Source: Chrysomallon squamiferum (Eukaryota > Animalia > Mollusca). Taken from it: a stretch of DNA of 64,000 nt. This document shows positions 14,790 to 28,058 of this stretch, in pieces; within the stretch, counting starts at the first letter, position 1, and the number at the start of each line of letters is the position of its first letter. The stretch covers positions 9,672,001 to 9,736,000 of the forward strand of contig CM022671.1 of the NCBI GenBank assembly GCA_012295275.1, given 5' to 3'. The position numbers and the translations under genes are program-made. Under the pieces are notes generated by a model. It saw nothing but the letters and a program-made list of their open reading frames with translations, was not told the origin of the DNA and searched no databases.

Positions 14790-16570
14790 AGTGAGTGAGT
14801 GTGTGTGCATCAGCAATAGTGATAATTGCTCTGATAATAGCCTCTGTGTTTGTGTATGTGTGTGTGTATGTGTATGTGTGAGAGTGTATCAGGAATAGAG
14901 ATAATTGCAACGACTCAGATAATAATGTGTGTTTGTATGTGTGTTTGTGATTATGTATGAGTGTGTAAGCAATAAAGATAATTGCTATTAATCTGATAAT
15001 AGTGTGTGTGTGTGTTTGTGTCAGTGTTGTATTAGCAATAGTGATAATTGCTACTACTCTGATAATAGTGTGTGTGTGTGTGAGTTAGTTGTATCAGCAA
15101 TAGTGATAATTGCTATTAATCTGATAATAGTGTGTGTGTGTGTGTGTGTATCAGCAACAGTCCTAATTGCTACTTCTCAGATCATAGTGTGTGTGTGTTT
15201 GAGTGTGTGAGTTTAACAGCAACAGTGATACTTGCTACTCAGATAATAGTTTGTGTGTGTGTGTATGTATCACTAACAGATAATTGCTACTTCTCAGATA
15301 ATAATATGTGTGTTCATGCATGTGAGTGTTTCCACAATAAAGATAATTTCTACTACTCTGATAATAGTGTGTGTGTATCAGCAACAGTGATAATTCCTAC
15401 TACTCAGATAATAGTGTGTATGTGTGTGTGTGAGAGTGAATGTATCAGCAACAGTGAAAACTGCTTCTCAGATAATAGTCTGTGTCTGTGTCAGTGTTTG
15501 TCTGTATCAACTATAGTGATAACTGCTACTCTGTGTGTGTGTGAGTGTATAAGCAACAGTGATAATTACTACTGAGATAATAGTGTGATTTTGTGTTTGT
15601 GTGTGTGATTATATCAGCAATACAGATAATTGCTATAGGGATAACTACTACTGTATATCAGCTATAGGGATAACTACTACTACTCAGATAATAGTGTGTC
15701 TGTTTGTATGTATGAGTTTAGCAGCAACAGTGAAAACTGCTACTCAGATAATTGTGTGTCTGTGTGCATGTGTGCATGTGTATCAACAATAGTGACTACT
15801 GCTACTGTGTGGTTTTGTGTGTGTGTGTGTGTGAGTATATCAGCAATAGTGATAATTGCTACTACTGAGGTAATAGTGTGTGTGTGAGAGTGTATCAGCA
15901 ATAGTGATAACTGCTACTCAGATAATTGCACGTGAGTGTGTGTTTATATCAACTATAATGATAACTGCTACTCTGTATGTGTGTGTGAGTGTGCGTGTGA
16001 GTGTTAGTGTATCAGCAACAGTGATAACTGCTACTCAGATAATGGTGTGTGTGTATCAGCAATAGTCGTAATTGTTACTTAGATAATACTGTGTGTGTGT
16101 GACTGAGTATATCAGCAACAGTGGTAATTTCTACTACTCAGAAAATTGTGTGTGTGACTGTGTGTGAGTGTATCAGCAACTGTGATAACTGCTACTCAGA
16201 TAATAGTGTGAGTGTGTTTGTGTGTGAGTGTATCATCAACAGTGATAACTGCTACTCAGATAATAGTGTGTGTTTGAGAGCGTTTGTGTATCAGTAATAG
16301 TGATAATTGCTACTACTCAAATAATAGTATGTGTGTGTGTGTGATCTGAGTATCAGCAACATAATTGTTACTCAAATAGTGTGTGTGAAGTATGTTTGTG
16401 TGTGAGTTTTCAGCAAGTGATAAATGCTACTCAGATAATAGTGTTTGTGTGTATCACCGATAGTGATAATTGCTACTACTCAGATAATAGTGAGTATATA
16501 TATGTGTGTGTGTGTGAGTGTATCAGCAATAATGATAATTGTTACTACCCAGATAAAAGTGTATGTGTGT
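14790..16570. repeat. Compound minisatellite: ~40-bp core (gtatcagcaatagtgataattgctactactcagataata) separated by variable (GT)n, ~30 copies
   Basis: Core recurs every ~45-70 bp with (GT)n spacers of variable length. Confidence 0.9.
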
Positions 16571-17357
16571 CATTAGGTAATAAATTGTATTTTTCAGTAA
16601 AAAGTTAGTTCTTAATACAAAATAATAAAATAGAAGCTTACATATTGTTTGAGATTTATATTATTATTTTTGTTACTATACACACACACACAGAGGAGGA
16701 AAAATAACACTTCTGAATAGCATTTTGTAATACAAGAGTTTTCAGTTCTTTATTATTTGTGACAGAGATGTGATTAGCATCAAAAACATCAGCAGCAGTA
16801 TGTAATGTGGTGGTGATAGTAGCAGCTATAATGTAGTAATAGTTGCAACAGCATCAGTAGTAGTAATAATAACAGCTACCACTGTAGCAATAATAGCTAA
16901 CATTGTACGATAGTGATAATAAAAGCTAATGTAGTGGTGATTTAAAGGAGTTATTGTAGGTAGTAATAGCAGCAGTAGTAATAATAACTGGTTTAGTAAT
17001 AGTAGCAGTACTAGTAATAATAATAATAACAGCTATGTAGTTTTAATAGAGTGCAGCAGGAACAGTAGCAGTTGTAGCAGTTCCTGCATCCTTACACTTT
17101 AAATTTTAAATTCAAGTTTTTTTCAACATTTTTTTATTAATATTTTTTCCTATCTGGGAAGGAGGGTCTGTTGTCACTGTTATCAGATGTTGGGAAGTCA
17201 TCACCTTTGACAACATTGTATCTTAACAACCAGAAGAAAAACTTAAAATAAAATGAAATGGATGAACTTTTCACAAAGTTGGCTGCTGCTATTGATAACA
17301 AATAAATTCATTTTAAAACAAAGAACAATAAAAGTAATACATAAATAAATAAACAAG

Positions 17358-17430
17358 CTAAACCTAACCCTTACCCTTGTCCTAACCTAACACTAGACCT
17401 AACCCCGATCCTAACCCTAACTCTAACCTA
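17358..17430. repeat. Degenerate telomere-like (CCTAA/CCCTAA)n tract
   Basis: ctaaacctaacccttacccttgtcctaacctaacactagacctaaccccgatcctaaccctaactctaaccta. Confidence 0.7.
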
Positions 17431-17754
17431 AGTTAATCCAGTGGTAAAAATAAGAAAAAAGAATAGTAAATAAAAGGGTGTATTATTGTTAATGCTGTTG
17501 TTAAGTTGTTTCTTTTTAAATTATTTATATAAATTTAATTAATTTTAAGGTCTCACTGTCTAGAAGTCAGGGGAGAAAACTGAATTATCTTTTAGTTGCC
17601 TCCCTTCAGTTGCAGACAGCTTCCTGATTAAGCTGACAGAATTTGGAGAACATCCTGGTAAACAGTTATAGTTATTTTTTATTTTTAACATTTATATGAT
17701 TCACATTTATTGAAATTTGTCATATCATTTATTTGTTTGTTTTTCTTCCTCTAG

Positions 17755-18029
17755 GAATGCTGGGTAATATGATGCATTGTCCAGCGATTCTCACAGATAA
17801 AGGAAACGGTCAACTTCTGACACTGTCACTAGGTGATGTCCTTGACATTGCAGCCATGTTGAAAGGTCATGGTGAGTGGTTATATAGTATGTAGTAGTGT
17901 AGTGATAACAGTTCACAGCTATCTATCTACCTTTCTATACATCTATCTATAATAATAAACATCACATTCTGCTTATTTATGAATATTTATATCTGGTTGT
18001 CTCTCTCACTTGAAGCTTTTCTGTCTTCA

Positions 18030-18124
<95 letters not shown>

Positions 18125-19052
18125 ATAATAATATAGAAGAGAACAGAAAGTGATGAAAGTATATCAAATTTCTAAGTAGTGTATTCTGTCTGTATATATC
18201 AACTTTTACATCCAGTTTTAATTTGAACTTTTACATTGATTTCTAAAACTTTCCTTTCTTTTTAATGTAAAGAACAATATATTTCCTTCTCACATGTAAA
18301 CAGTTGTTAAAATCACACATTCACCCCAGCTAGCTGATCATCGTGCAAGGGCTGTGTATGCATTCAACCTGTCTGGCAATGCAAGTATTCAGAAACTAGA
18401 ATCTCTCTTTAACATGGAGGCAGACTGCACTGTAGAGGAAGTAGTTATTATGAAGGTGAAGATACTTTTCTCTATATTTTTTATTTTTTATTTTTTGGAT
18501 TAAATGTCTATTTTAGTGAGAAAAATTCAGAGATAAATATTTTAATTCTATTGTTTGTTCTTGTTTTGTTTTTTTATAATTCTTGGTTGTTAATAAATTA
18601 AAGTGGCAATATTGTTGTATATTCTTTCTTTCTTCTTTTTGAATTCTATTATTTAATTGTGAATTTTATTGTTAGTAATATTCTTATTTTGTATTATTAT
18701 GATACTTGTACTTTTTTATTATTAATATAATGTAATATCTTATTATGATTATTATTATGATTATTATTATTTTATATATTGGTCTTATTACAATTATTAT
18801 TAGTATTACTGTTGTTTTTATTATTATCATTATTAGTCTTATTATTACTACTATTACAAATACTACTGTTGCTTCTGTTGCTGTTACAACTGCTGTTCCT
18901 GCCCTTCCTCTCCTGCTACTACTAAAACTACTACTACCACTGCTTTTATTTGCCAGGATCCAGTGACATGGTCAAACAGTGGAATAGCATGGATGCTGAT
19001 GTCTAATTCTGTATGTGTAGACAACGCTATAGATTACTACAACAGAGGAGAG
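17755..19052 (+). CDS. Three phase-compatible open exons (17755-17871, 18304-18455, 18957-19052) encoding an RRM-like domain; 3' part of the LRR gene/pseudogene
   Basis: Spliced product MLGNMMHCPAILTDKGNGQLLTLSLGDVLDIAAMLKGH-VVKITHSPQLADHRARAVYAFNLSGNASIQKLESLFNMEADCTVEEVVIMK-DPVTWSNSGIAWMLMSNSVCVDNAIDYYNRGE has no stop. RAVYAFNL resembles RNP2 and IMKDPVTxxxxGIAW resembles the beta2-loop-RNP1 region. Upstream segments 17160-17303 and 17550-17657 look decayed. Confidence 0.65.
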
Positions 19053-22000
19053 GTATTCCAGTTAAATCATCAGAGTTTGATTAATTATATATAAATGTCA
19101 TTTGATTTACCTACTACTCCCAATCTGTCAGCTTCTCTTGCTCTTTTTTAATGTGTGTGTGTGTGTGCGTTACATCTGCCTAGTTCTGGTAACTAAATAT
19201 CTATTTACCAGTTTATGTCTACACTAACATGTCTGTCTGTCTGATGGTCTTCATTAGTGGAGAAGAAATAAAAATATGTGGAACAATGATATTTATAGAT
19301 AGACAACAAGCAGGTTCCAGCTTAATGTTGTTTTCATAAAGAATATTAGCTGTTAACTTTGAGAGCAACCATTTGAAGAAATGGGGAGGTGATTGACAGA
19401 GATGTGAGACTGACTGTCTGATGGGAGGTTAACAGGTAAAGAGTGTCTAATAGACAGTTAGTCAGTAGAAGTTAAAAATGAATTGATAGATGTAGATGAA
19501 TTTAATAAACATGATAATGTCTGTCTGTCTATTCTGTGTATTCTTCTTTCTGAAATGTGTGTTTGTGTGCCATGCTGAGAGATAGACTATTGTAGATAGA
19601 CTGAGAAATTGAGTAGCTAGACATACATTATAGAGATATATATATAGATAGGTGACAACTGTATGCATATGCATAGAAGGTGCGTGTGTGTGTGTGTGTG
19701 TGTGTGTCAGTGATATGGATGGCTAAATATGGGAATTCTGAATGAGAATTATTTCTGTTATAAATGGACAGTAACACATACAGACTGATATGTAAAGTAG
19801 TTATAATTATTTAGGGAGATAGGAAGATGAATAGGTGATTCATGGATGGTTATTGATGGATTGTAATATTGATGGATAGGGAAATATATATGTAGGGAGG
19901 CATTTACTTAGAGTTCGATGGATGGGGATATACAGATAGCTAAAGAGACAGGCAGGTCAGTAGGTTCACATCTAGCTATAGAATGATAAATATATAGTCA
20001 GGAAGATAGATAGAAAGATAGGTGTAAGCAAGTATGATGGTAAAGTGGATATGATGATGTATATGTACATAGATAAATACACACAGAGACAGACAGAAGA
20101 CCAAGAGGATTGGATCCGTGTTTGGATCAAGTTAGTGATGAACTGATAACTTAAAGGTAGATATCCAGAGATAAATATATAGGTTATATAGACAGATATA
20201 CAGAGATAATACAGATAGATTATATAGTTTGATATACAGAGATCAATACAGATATGGAGATAATACAGCTAGATTATATAGATAGATATATAGAAAGATA
20301 TACGGAGGTTTGAAGTAGTGTATAGTTAGATATACAGATGGTTACTGAAAAATAGACATATAAGCTAGAGAGATAAACTGATAGGAAGGTAGAAATGTAG
20401 GTATGTCACTAGTTCAGTAGATTGATTTGTAGACAGACTGACAGATATTTAGACACATATGCATTAAATAATATGTGTGTGTATACACACACACACACAC
20501 ACACACATATATACAAAAACAGACACATCTGTATAGGAATGATAATGTATGTGTATGTTTAGGAAGTGATTTGTATGTATGTCTGTATTAAAGGATGAGT
20601 ACATATATATGATAGGCACATGTATATTGTGTAAAAAAAAGGGTGGATAGATAGTAAAATGTAAAATGGGCACAAGAAATGTAGGTTGATAGACAGAAGA
20701 AAGTCAGACAGACAAGATGCAAGGAGACATGAGCATATACCTGCACATCCGTAAAAAAAAAAGATCTGTTGTTTGTGTGTTAGACAGCGTGTTCCTTATG
20801 TATATGGGATAAAATAGATAAATAAATAAATATACTGATAGATAGATAGATAGATAGATAGATAGACAGACACATATTTGAATAGCGATACAAAGACAGA
20901 TAGAGAGAGGTGGATAGGCAAGTGTGGAGGTCTTGATGTGTATGTATGTTTGTTAGAGAGGATTTTTATTTTCTTTCTGTGGAGAAGAAATTGTAACTCA
21001 GTTTAACAGAACAATATTGTCATAATAGAGTGTCTTCCCCTGTATATCTAGTCATTAAATTATTTATTTCTCAATTTACAAATTGAGCGCTGTAAAAATG
21101 CCACTATAAAATAAAAGTTCAGACATTATAAGAATCCACTCATTTTTGTTTATACGTTGATAATAAATGAGGTTAAGGTATAATATTAATGTTGTAAACA
21201 CGTGCGCAGGTTTCACATGTAATTTGGAAACTGAATATCAACATTTTCTTAATTAACATTATCAAGATTATTCTTGAAAAGCCGATTTAATTCCTTTAGC
21301 TGTATCCAATACTATTCAGACAATTATATGATATTATCAACATTTGTAGGTCAGATTCATAGGTCAGGTAGACAATAATTATATATAGATAGATAGACCA
21401 CTGATGTATGTGTATATTTGTCTGTATAAATATGGGCATATGTGTTTGTGTGTTAGAGAGAATGGGTATATAAATGTGTGAAAGATAGTGTGATGAGAGA
21501 GTCATATGATTGATTGATAAATATAAATAAATAAATATATGAGTGAATGAATGTGGGTTTATGTATGTATATGTGTGGTAGAGAGGATAGATATAGATAG
21601 ATGGATATATACAAACTACATAAATATATGCATTATATAGGTTCATAATCATGAGTATATGTGTATGATAGGGTAGGGATAAACTGACATGTTTCATTAT
21701 TTTATCTTTCATTTTATTTGTTTATTTTATTTATGTTATTATTTTTATTTTTTCTTATTTGTTGTACGTTTGTTTTTGTCTTTGAGTTTATATGTGTGTG
21801 TGTTTATATATTTATATGTGTGAATATGTGTGTTTGTGTGTGAGAGAAAAACTTTTGGTGTATTATATTTCTGTTATCCTTTGATTATATATTTTTATAT
21901 TTGTCTCTCTGTCTATCTATATGATGGAAATTATATTAATAATTTCATAATGTCAGAATAAAGTAACATACAGAAAAAAGGAAAAAAAAAATACTCAAAA

Positions 22001-22254
22001 AAGAAAAAAAGAACAAAATAAAAAAAGATTAAAATGTACATTACAGCTGTCATTTCGTAGACACCTGTTTCTCTAACTATATATCGATCACTTGTGAATA
22101 ATTGAATAAGTATTAGTAGACCATTGTTTTGAGTTTGGAATAATACACCAGCTTAGCATTCACATCAGTAACAGCAACAACAATCAAACATTTTATTTCA
22201 AAAAGGTCATATTACATAATATGGTCTCCACTGATTTATCTATCTACACAGCTG

Positions 22255-22810
22255 TGTTTTATCAATCCATCCATCCTTCCATCCATCCAGCATATCTGTA
22301 TCACTGTATTCACTTATCCATATGTGTCTATATATATACATATATCTTTCTGTGTCTATTTTGCAACTTTTCACTATATTTCTCTATATTAAACTGTTTG
22401 TCTCTATTGGTTTGCCCATTCAACAGACTCATATCCCACCTATTCACCTATCTACATACCCACCTGACTATCTACCTCTCTTTTTCTTTTAGTGTTATCA
22501 GTTCATCCATCCATCCATCCATCCATCCATCCATCCTTCCTTCCAGCATATCTATATCAATGTATTCACTTATCCATATACCTGTGTATGCATGTGTGTC
22601 TGTGTGTATGTATATATATATAATCTTTCTGTCTCTGTTTTGCTCCTTATCACTATATTTCTCATATTAAACTGTTTGTCTATCGGTTTGCCCGTTCAAC
22701 AGACTTGTGTACCACCTATTCACCTACCTACTTACCCACCTGTCTACCTACCCACCTGACTATCTACCCACCTGTATACCTATCCACCTGACTATCTACC
22801 TCTCTTTCTT
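22255..22810. repeat. Tandem duplication of a ~250-290-bp unit rich in (CATC)n/(CTAC)n
   Basis: ccagcatatct..tgtattcacttatccata..tcactatatttctc..aaactgtttgtct..caacagact..cacctattcacc occurs at ~22290-22490 and again at ~22545-22810. Confidence 0.85.
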
Positions 22811-25800
22811 TTTCTAATTATCTGTCAGTCTGTCTAGTTATCTTCCTATAGATCTGTCCCTCAAACTCTTTTTCACCATCTGTTGATCAATCCATCTTTG
22901 TACCTTTCTCTTTACCCTATCTCTGCACATGTATCCCTGAATCCATACTGTGATGCATATCCATCCATCCATTTATTTTCAAATTTTCCATCTGTCTATC
23001 CATCCATTTGTTACTTCAAAAAGGATAAGATAACATGGATTTTTAACTTATATCTAGGTATCTATACACACACACAGTCATATACATATACACATACATA
23101 CATACATACACGAAAACACACATACACAGATATACACATATACACATACACAAAAACACATACATATACAGACATATACAGACATATACATACACATACA
23201 GAGATAAACACACACTGACATACATACACATACACACATACACACACACTTAGATTAACATTGTGAATTTGATAATTACTGGCAAACTTTGCTCAGATTT
23301 GACAGTCAAGTGTAACAAGCCTGTTTGACAGCTGACTGGTTTTCTCTGACCCAGTCTGGAAGATCATGTACTTCCTGTAATGCTAACTCTACATAACTGT
23401 GAATGGCTTCCTGTGATCCTCCTCGCAACAACCACTGGGCCTGTGTAATACAAAACAGCTGCAATTCAAAGAAACACACAGTTTATAAATTATAATATCT
23501 GCATGTATATAAAAAAACAATAAACGTATAAATTTTTACATTATTTTTACACTCATATGTAAATAAATAAATCAAATTTGAAACATTGAAAACAAAAAAA
23601 TACTATTAATGAAAAAGGTTACAAATAATTCAAATAACTGTTTATGCTTTAACTGGAATAATTCATAAGTAATGTATAAAATAAATTTTTTAATATCTTT
23701 TGTGGATTTCATTCATATTTTTTTCAGGAAAAACAAGATAAAGTAAGTGTTACAGGTAACAGATTACTAGTTTGTTTTGGATGAGAAAACCTGTTCTAAA
23801 ACTGTTAATGTCAGTCTGGCATTTTATGTAACGTCTGTCATTAGAAACAGTAAAGGTGGAGCTTTTAGGCATGTCTTGGTAGATGTTTTTTGTGAAAGAA
23901 AGCCAGATTTTCAATCAATGGTGCAATGTTTGGTGTAGGAATTAAACCCTTAACAACCTAAAACAATAAATTTACTTGTAATCTTTGTATGTTTGTATTT
24001 TTAATTTATTTATTTACTTGCATTCTGATAGTTCCAAATAAAAATAGAAGGTGTAGTCTGATGACATCATTTTCCACAATCTGCAACAGATGTATCTCAC
24101 AGATAATGTTTTGTAAAAATATATTTAGTAAAAACATTTGAAAAATTGTTGTTCTTGTTATATTATTTAAATCATATGCATACAAAATACTGTTAATCAT
24201 AAAATAAGTAAACAAAACAAATAACATGTAATTAATAAGTAAACAAACCAGTAATATTAATAAAATTTAATTAATAAGTAAACAAACCAGTAATATTATA
24301 TAAAACAAAATAATTTTACCGGACTCAGAATGTTTTCCTCATCAACCAGTTGCTGTTTGCTCAACCTTTGTCTTAGATTATCAATGTTTACTTCACAAAC
24401 TTTCACCAGAGTTATCTTCTCATCACAAGTCTTCCTGTACTTTGATGTACAGTCCTGAGAACAATAATAATAATAAAATAACTATAATGATATTGATAAC
24501 AATAATAATAATATTATAATAATAGTAATAATATAATAATAGTGATAATAATAATAATAACAATGACTAACAATAATAATTATAATAATAATAATAATAA
24601 TAAATATAAAGTAATAACAAAAACAATAACACCAACAGAATAATTATAATTACAACGGCAACAAGAACTATAAGAATAACAATATAAATAATAATAATAG
24701 TAATCAGATTATGTTCAATATTTGTTAATACTTATATTATAAGTTTAATACTACTACAGAAATCATTTTAATTATTAATGCTACTATTGCTATAACACTA
24801 ATAATAACAATTTACCCAAAAAGAAAAACAATAATGAGAAAAGTATTAATAACAAAAATAATTATAACTGCTATCAACTATCATTGTGCTGGTACTAAAT
24901 TTATTAATTTTACTGATACTGCAACAATAATAATAATGACAAAAAGAATTAAAGGAAAAAGAAAAAAAAGAATAATGAGAAAAGCATTAATAATGATACT
25001 ACTAAACATACCACTTATACTACTACTAATAATAACTGATTTTTCTTTTGACTCCAGATGATGTTCCTTCTGTCAGTTTTATATCACTTTTAGTCTCTGC
25101 TAAATTGTAACAACAACACCATAGTATATAACATCTATAACAAAAACAAAAATAATAACAGTTGCTATCGTAATAAATACATATGACCATATTGCTATAA
25201 ACTGTTACTAAATACTATTTATTTACTACTAAGACAACTATTATGGGTAATAGCAACCACACTAATACTACTACTAGCACTACTACTGCTACAACTGTAG
25301 GATCAATAATAATAATTACAATTTACTCAAGAATAAAGAAAAAGAGTTTAAAAATTACCAATATCAACAGTAATAATAATAATAACAATAATGATAATAA
25401 TAATAACGATTTATAACAACAACAATAATAAAATAATAGTATTAATAATAATAACTGTAATAATAATAATAATAAATATAAAAATAATAATAATAATAAC
25501 AACAATAACAATAACAACAATGGTAATAATAATAGTAGTAATAATAATAATAATAAGAATAACAATAATGATAATAATAACAATAACAGCAATATTAAAA
25601 TAATAATAATAATACTGACAACAGAATCAGTAACAAACTCTACTGTTGTCATCATCTGAAATGTTGAGTTTTCTTTTTGACACCAGGTGATGTTCCTTCT
25701 GTCAGTTTTATTTCACTTTTATATTTATATTCAAAGATGAATCTAAAAAGTAAAAAAAAATATACCTCCGTACATGAGAAGTTTCACAGTTGTGATTTGA

Positions 25801-26241
25801 GATTCAGTTTGGGAAATATTTTACCTGGGAACCTAAATGTTTTATATCACAGTATACAGAGTGTCATGGTTCAGTAGAAATAAATGTGTATTGTCTTTTA
25901 TTTAAATGTGTGTCGTTTTACTGGGATATTTTTATTTGTTTTATTCAGAGACTTCATTACTTTAGCAAAGACTGGCTATAGAGAACATTATAATGACTTG
26001 AACAGACTATTTGTTATAGCAGTACACATCATACTGAAATAAACAATTAATTTTAAAGTAATAAAATGTATTTAGGCTAGCTTAAATATACTTCAGAAAC
26101 AAATATTATCTCTTACATGTAAAAATATCAACTCACTTTCAGAAATTTTATTTTCCAGTGATTCTATAAGTGAAGAAAATTCATTGTGGTATTTCAATTT
26201 TGTCTGCATATATATATATAAAGTGTGTACTTCTGAAAATT

Positions 26242-26274
<33 letters not shown>

Positions 26275-26299
26275 TCAGATTAAACGACAAAAAAAAAAA

Positions 26300-27303
26300 A
26301 AAAAAAAAATTATTTATTTCCGGATTTGTCATAGTTGTAAATGTTTTATTTTTTTTTTTATTTTTTTTTTTTTTCAGATCATGTTTACAGACCTACATCA
26401 AACATTCCTGGACAATACTAAGCAATTTATTGCAGTGAGTTCTAAGCTTTGTGATTGGCTAATAATAAGATAAAAACAAAACAAAAAAAATACAAAATCT
26501 ATTTTAATAAGGTTGTTATGTTCCTTTATTTTATTTGTTTTGCTTTGAACTTTATTTATTTATCTTTATTATCATATTTTTTAATTATTATTATTATTAT
26601 TATTTTTTTTTTTTTAGTGTTTTATTTACGGATAAATGCGGGATGATTGTCGGTCTTTAAGGATTTACTGTTATATTTGATGTTCGATGAATCTTATACA
26701 GAATTGGTGTAATCGCATTATTATCCAACAAAAAGTTGCTTAAAGCATTTCATTTTGTGCAGGAGACAGATATTATTATTTATTATTATTTAGATTGTTT
26801 TTAGTTTTATTTAATTATAATTTACATGTCAAAGCCAAGTGATGGCAGCCATCTTATTTCGAAACAATAATTATTTATATATAAATTTTTGATTTATTGA
26901 TTTATATTTTTTTCAAAAGACACTCGATTAATAATAAAATTCACCTGTTTTTTTTTTTTTTTTTTTTTTTTTAAGTTAACTAATAAAAGTGTTAAAAGAA
27001 AATATACTAATTTTGTTTGACAGGTTTTCTGTCGGTTCATTTATGATTTATTTTTTAAAAGATGTGTTAAATTGCTGACTTGCTCTATACATTATTAAAC
27101 ATATTTAAATGATTTATTTTAACCATATTAAAGGTTGTAATGGGTGTGGCCCTAAATACTTTCATATTGTTTAACCTAAATATCTATAGAGTTCTATGTT
27201 AACATTAAAAACAAGTAATGATAAATTTAAGAAAAATATGATCAGGTTATTTCATATGTAGTCACTGTAAAATATTAATAAAATTATTTGTTATAATAAT
27301 ATT

Positions 27304-27348
<45 letters not shown>

Positions 27349-27740
27349 ATTTGTAATCATAATCACAAAAGATATTAATACACTTGTACAAAACACTACT
27401 GAAATGATTATTTTTTTAAGTTTGTGTATATATGTCATGGGTGTCTTAAATGCAAATAATATGACTAATACTGTGACATCCAAAACTATTTACATCTGTA
27501 TCTATAGTTAATTATTTGCTTCATCACACCTAAATGTATTACAAAATGTTCCAACTCACACATTATAAATCTATGAATGTACAAGGTCTAAATTCTGTCA
27601 GTTCTGTGTATTTCTTATGTATTTCTTATTATTCTAAACCTAATGAAGTTTGATTTAATTTGATGTAGGAAATAGCATTTTGTAATACATTAATATTTTA
27701 TAACACATTACATTTTATATTATGTACATTTCTCTCTCTC
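26300..27740 (+). repeat. Diverged direct segmental duplicate of ~6950-8345 joined to ~9795-9920
   Basis: Shared blocks include cagaattggtgtaatcgcatta, gatggcagccatcttatt, caggttatttcatatgtag and catccaaaactatttacatctgtatcta, then ttcttattattctaaacctaatgaagttt (9801 vs 27623). Confidence 0.9.
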
Positions 27741-27899
27741 TCTCACTCTCTCTCTGTCAATGTCAAATTATATTCTAATTTTTCATAATGTAAATATTAT
27801 TTCATTGTTTAAATCGAATTGTCATCATTTTATTATCTTTATACTTCTTTCATATCTACTATCATTTACTATTACTTTTTTCTACAACAAAATTTCCAA

Positions 27900-28058
27900 G
27901 GCAACTTAGAAATGTAATAAATTATCCCATTATTTTGAATCAACCTTGGACAAAGAATGGGAAATAGTAAATGCAAAATGGGCTATAGATATAGAGATTT
28001 CAGCAGTTGTTATCTACACAAAAATATCCATACACACACACTCACACACACACACACT
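27900..28058 (-). repeat. Inverted copy of ~6150-6320
   Basis: atgcaaaatgggctatagatatagagatttcagcagttgttatctaca (~27971) is the reverse complement, with one mismatch, of tgtagataacaactgctgaaatctctatgtctatagcccattttgcat (~6196). The flanking (CA)n/(TG)n and aacttagaaatgtaata also match. Confidence 0.9.
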
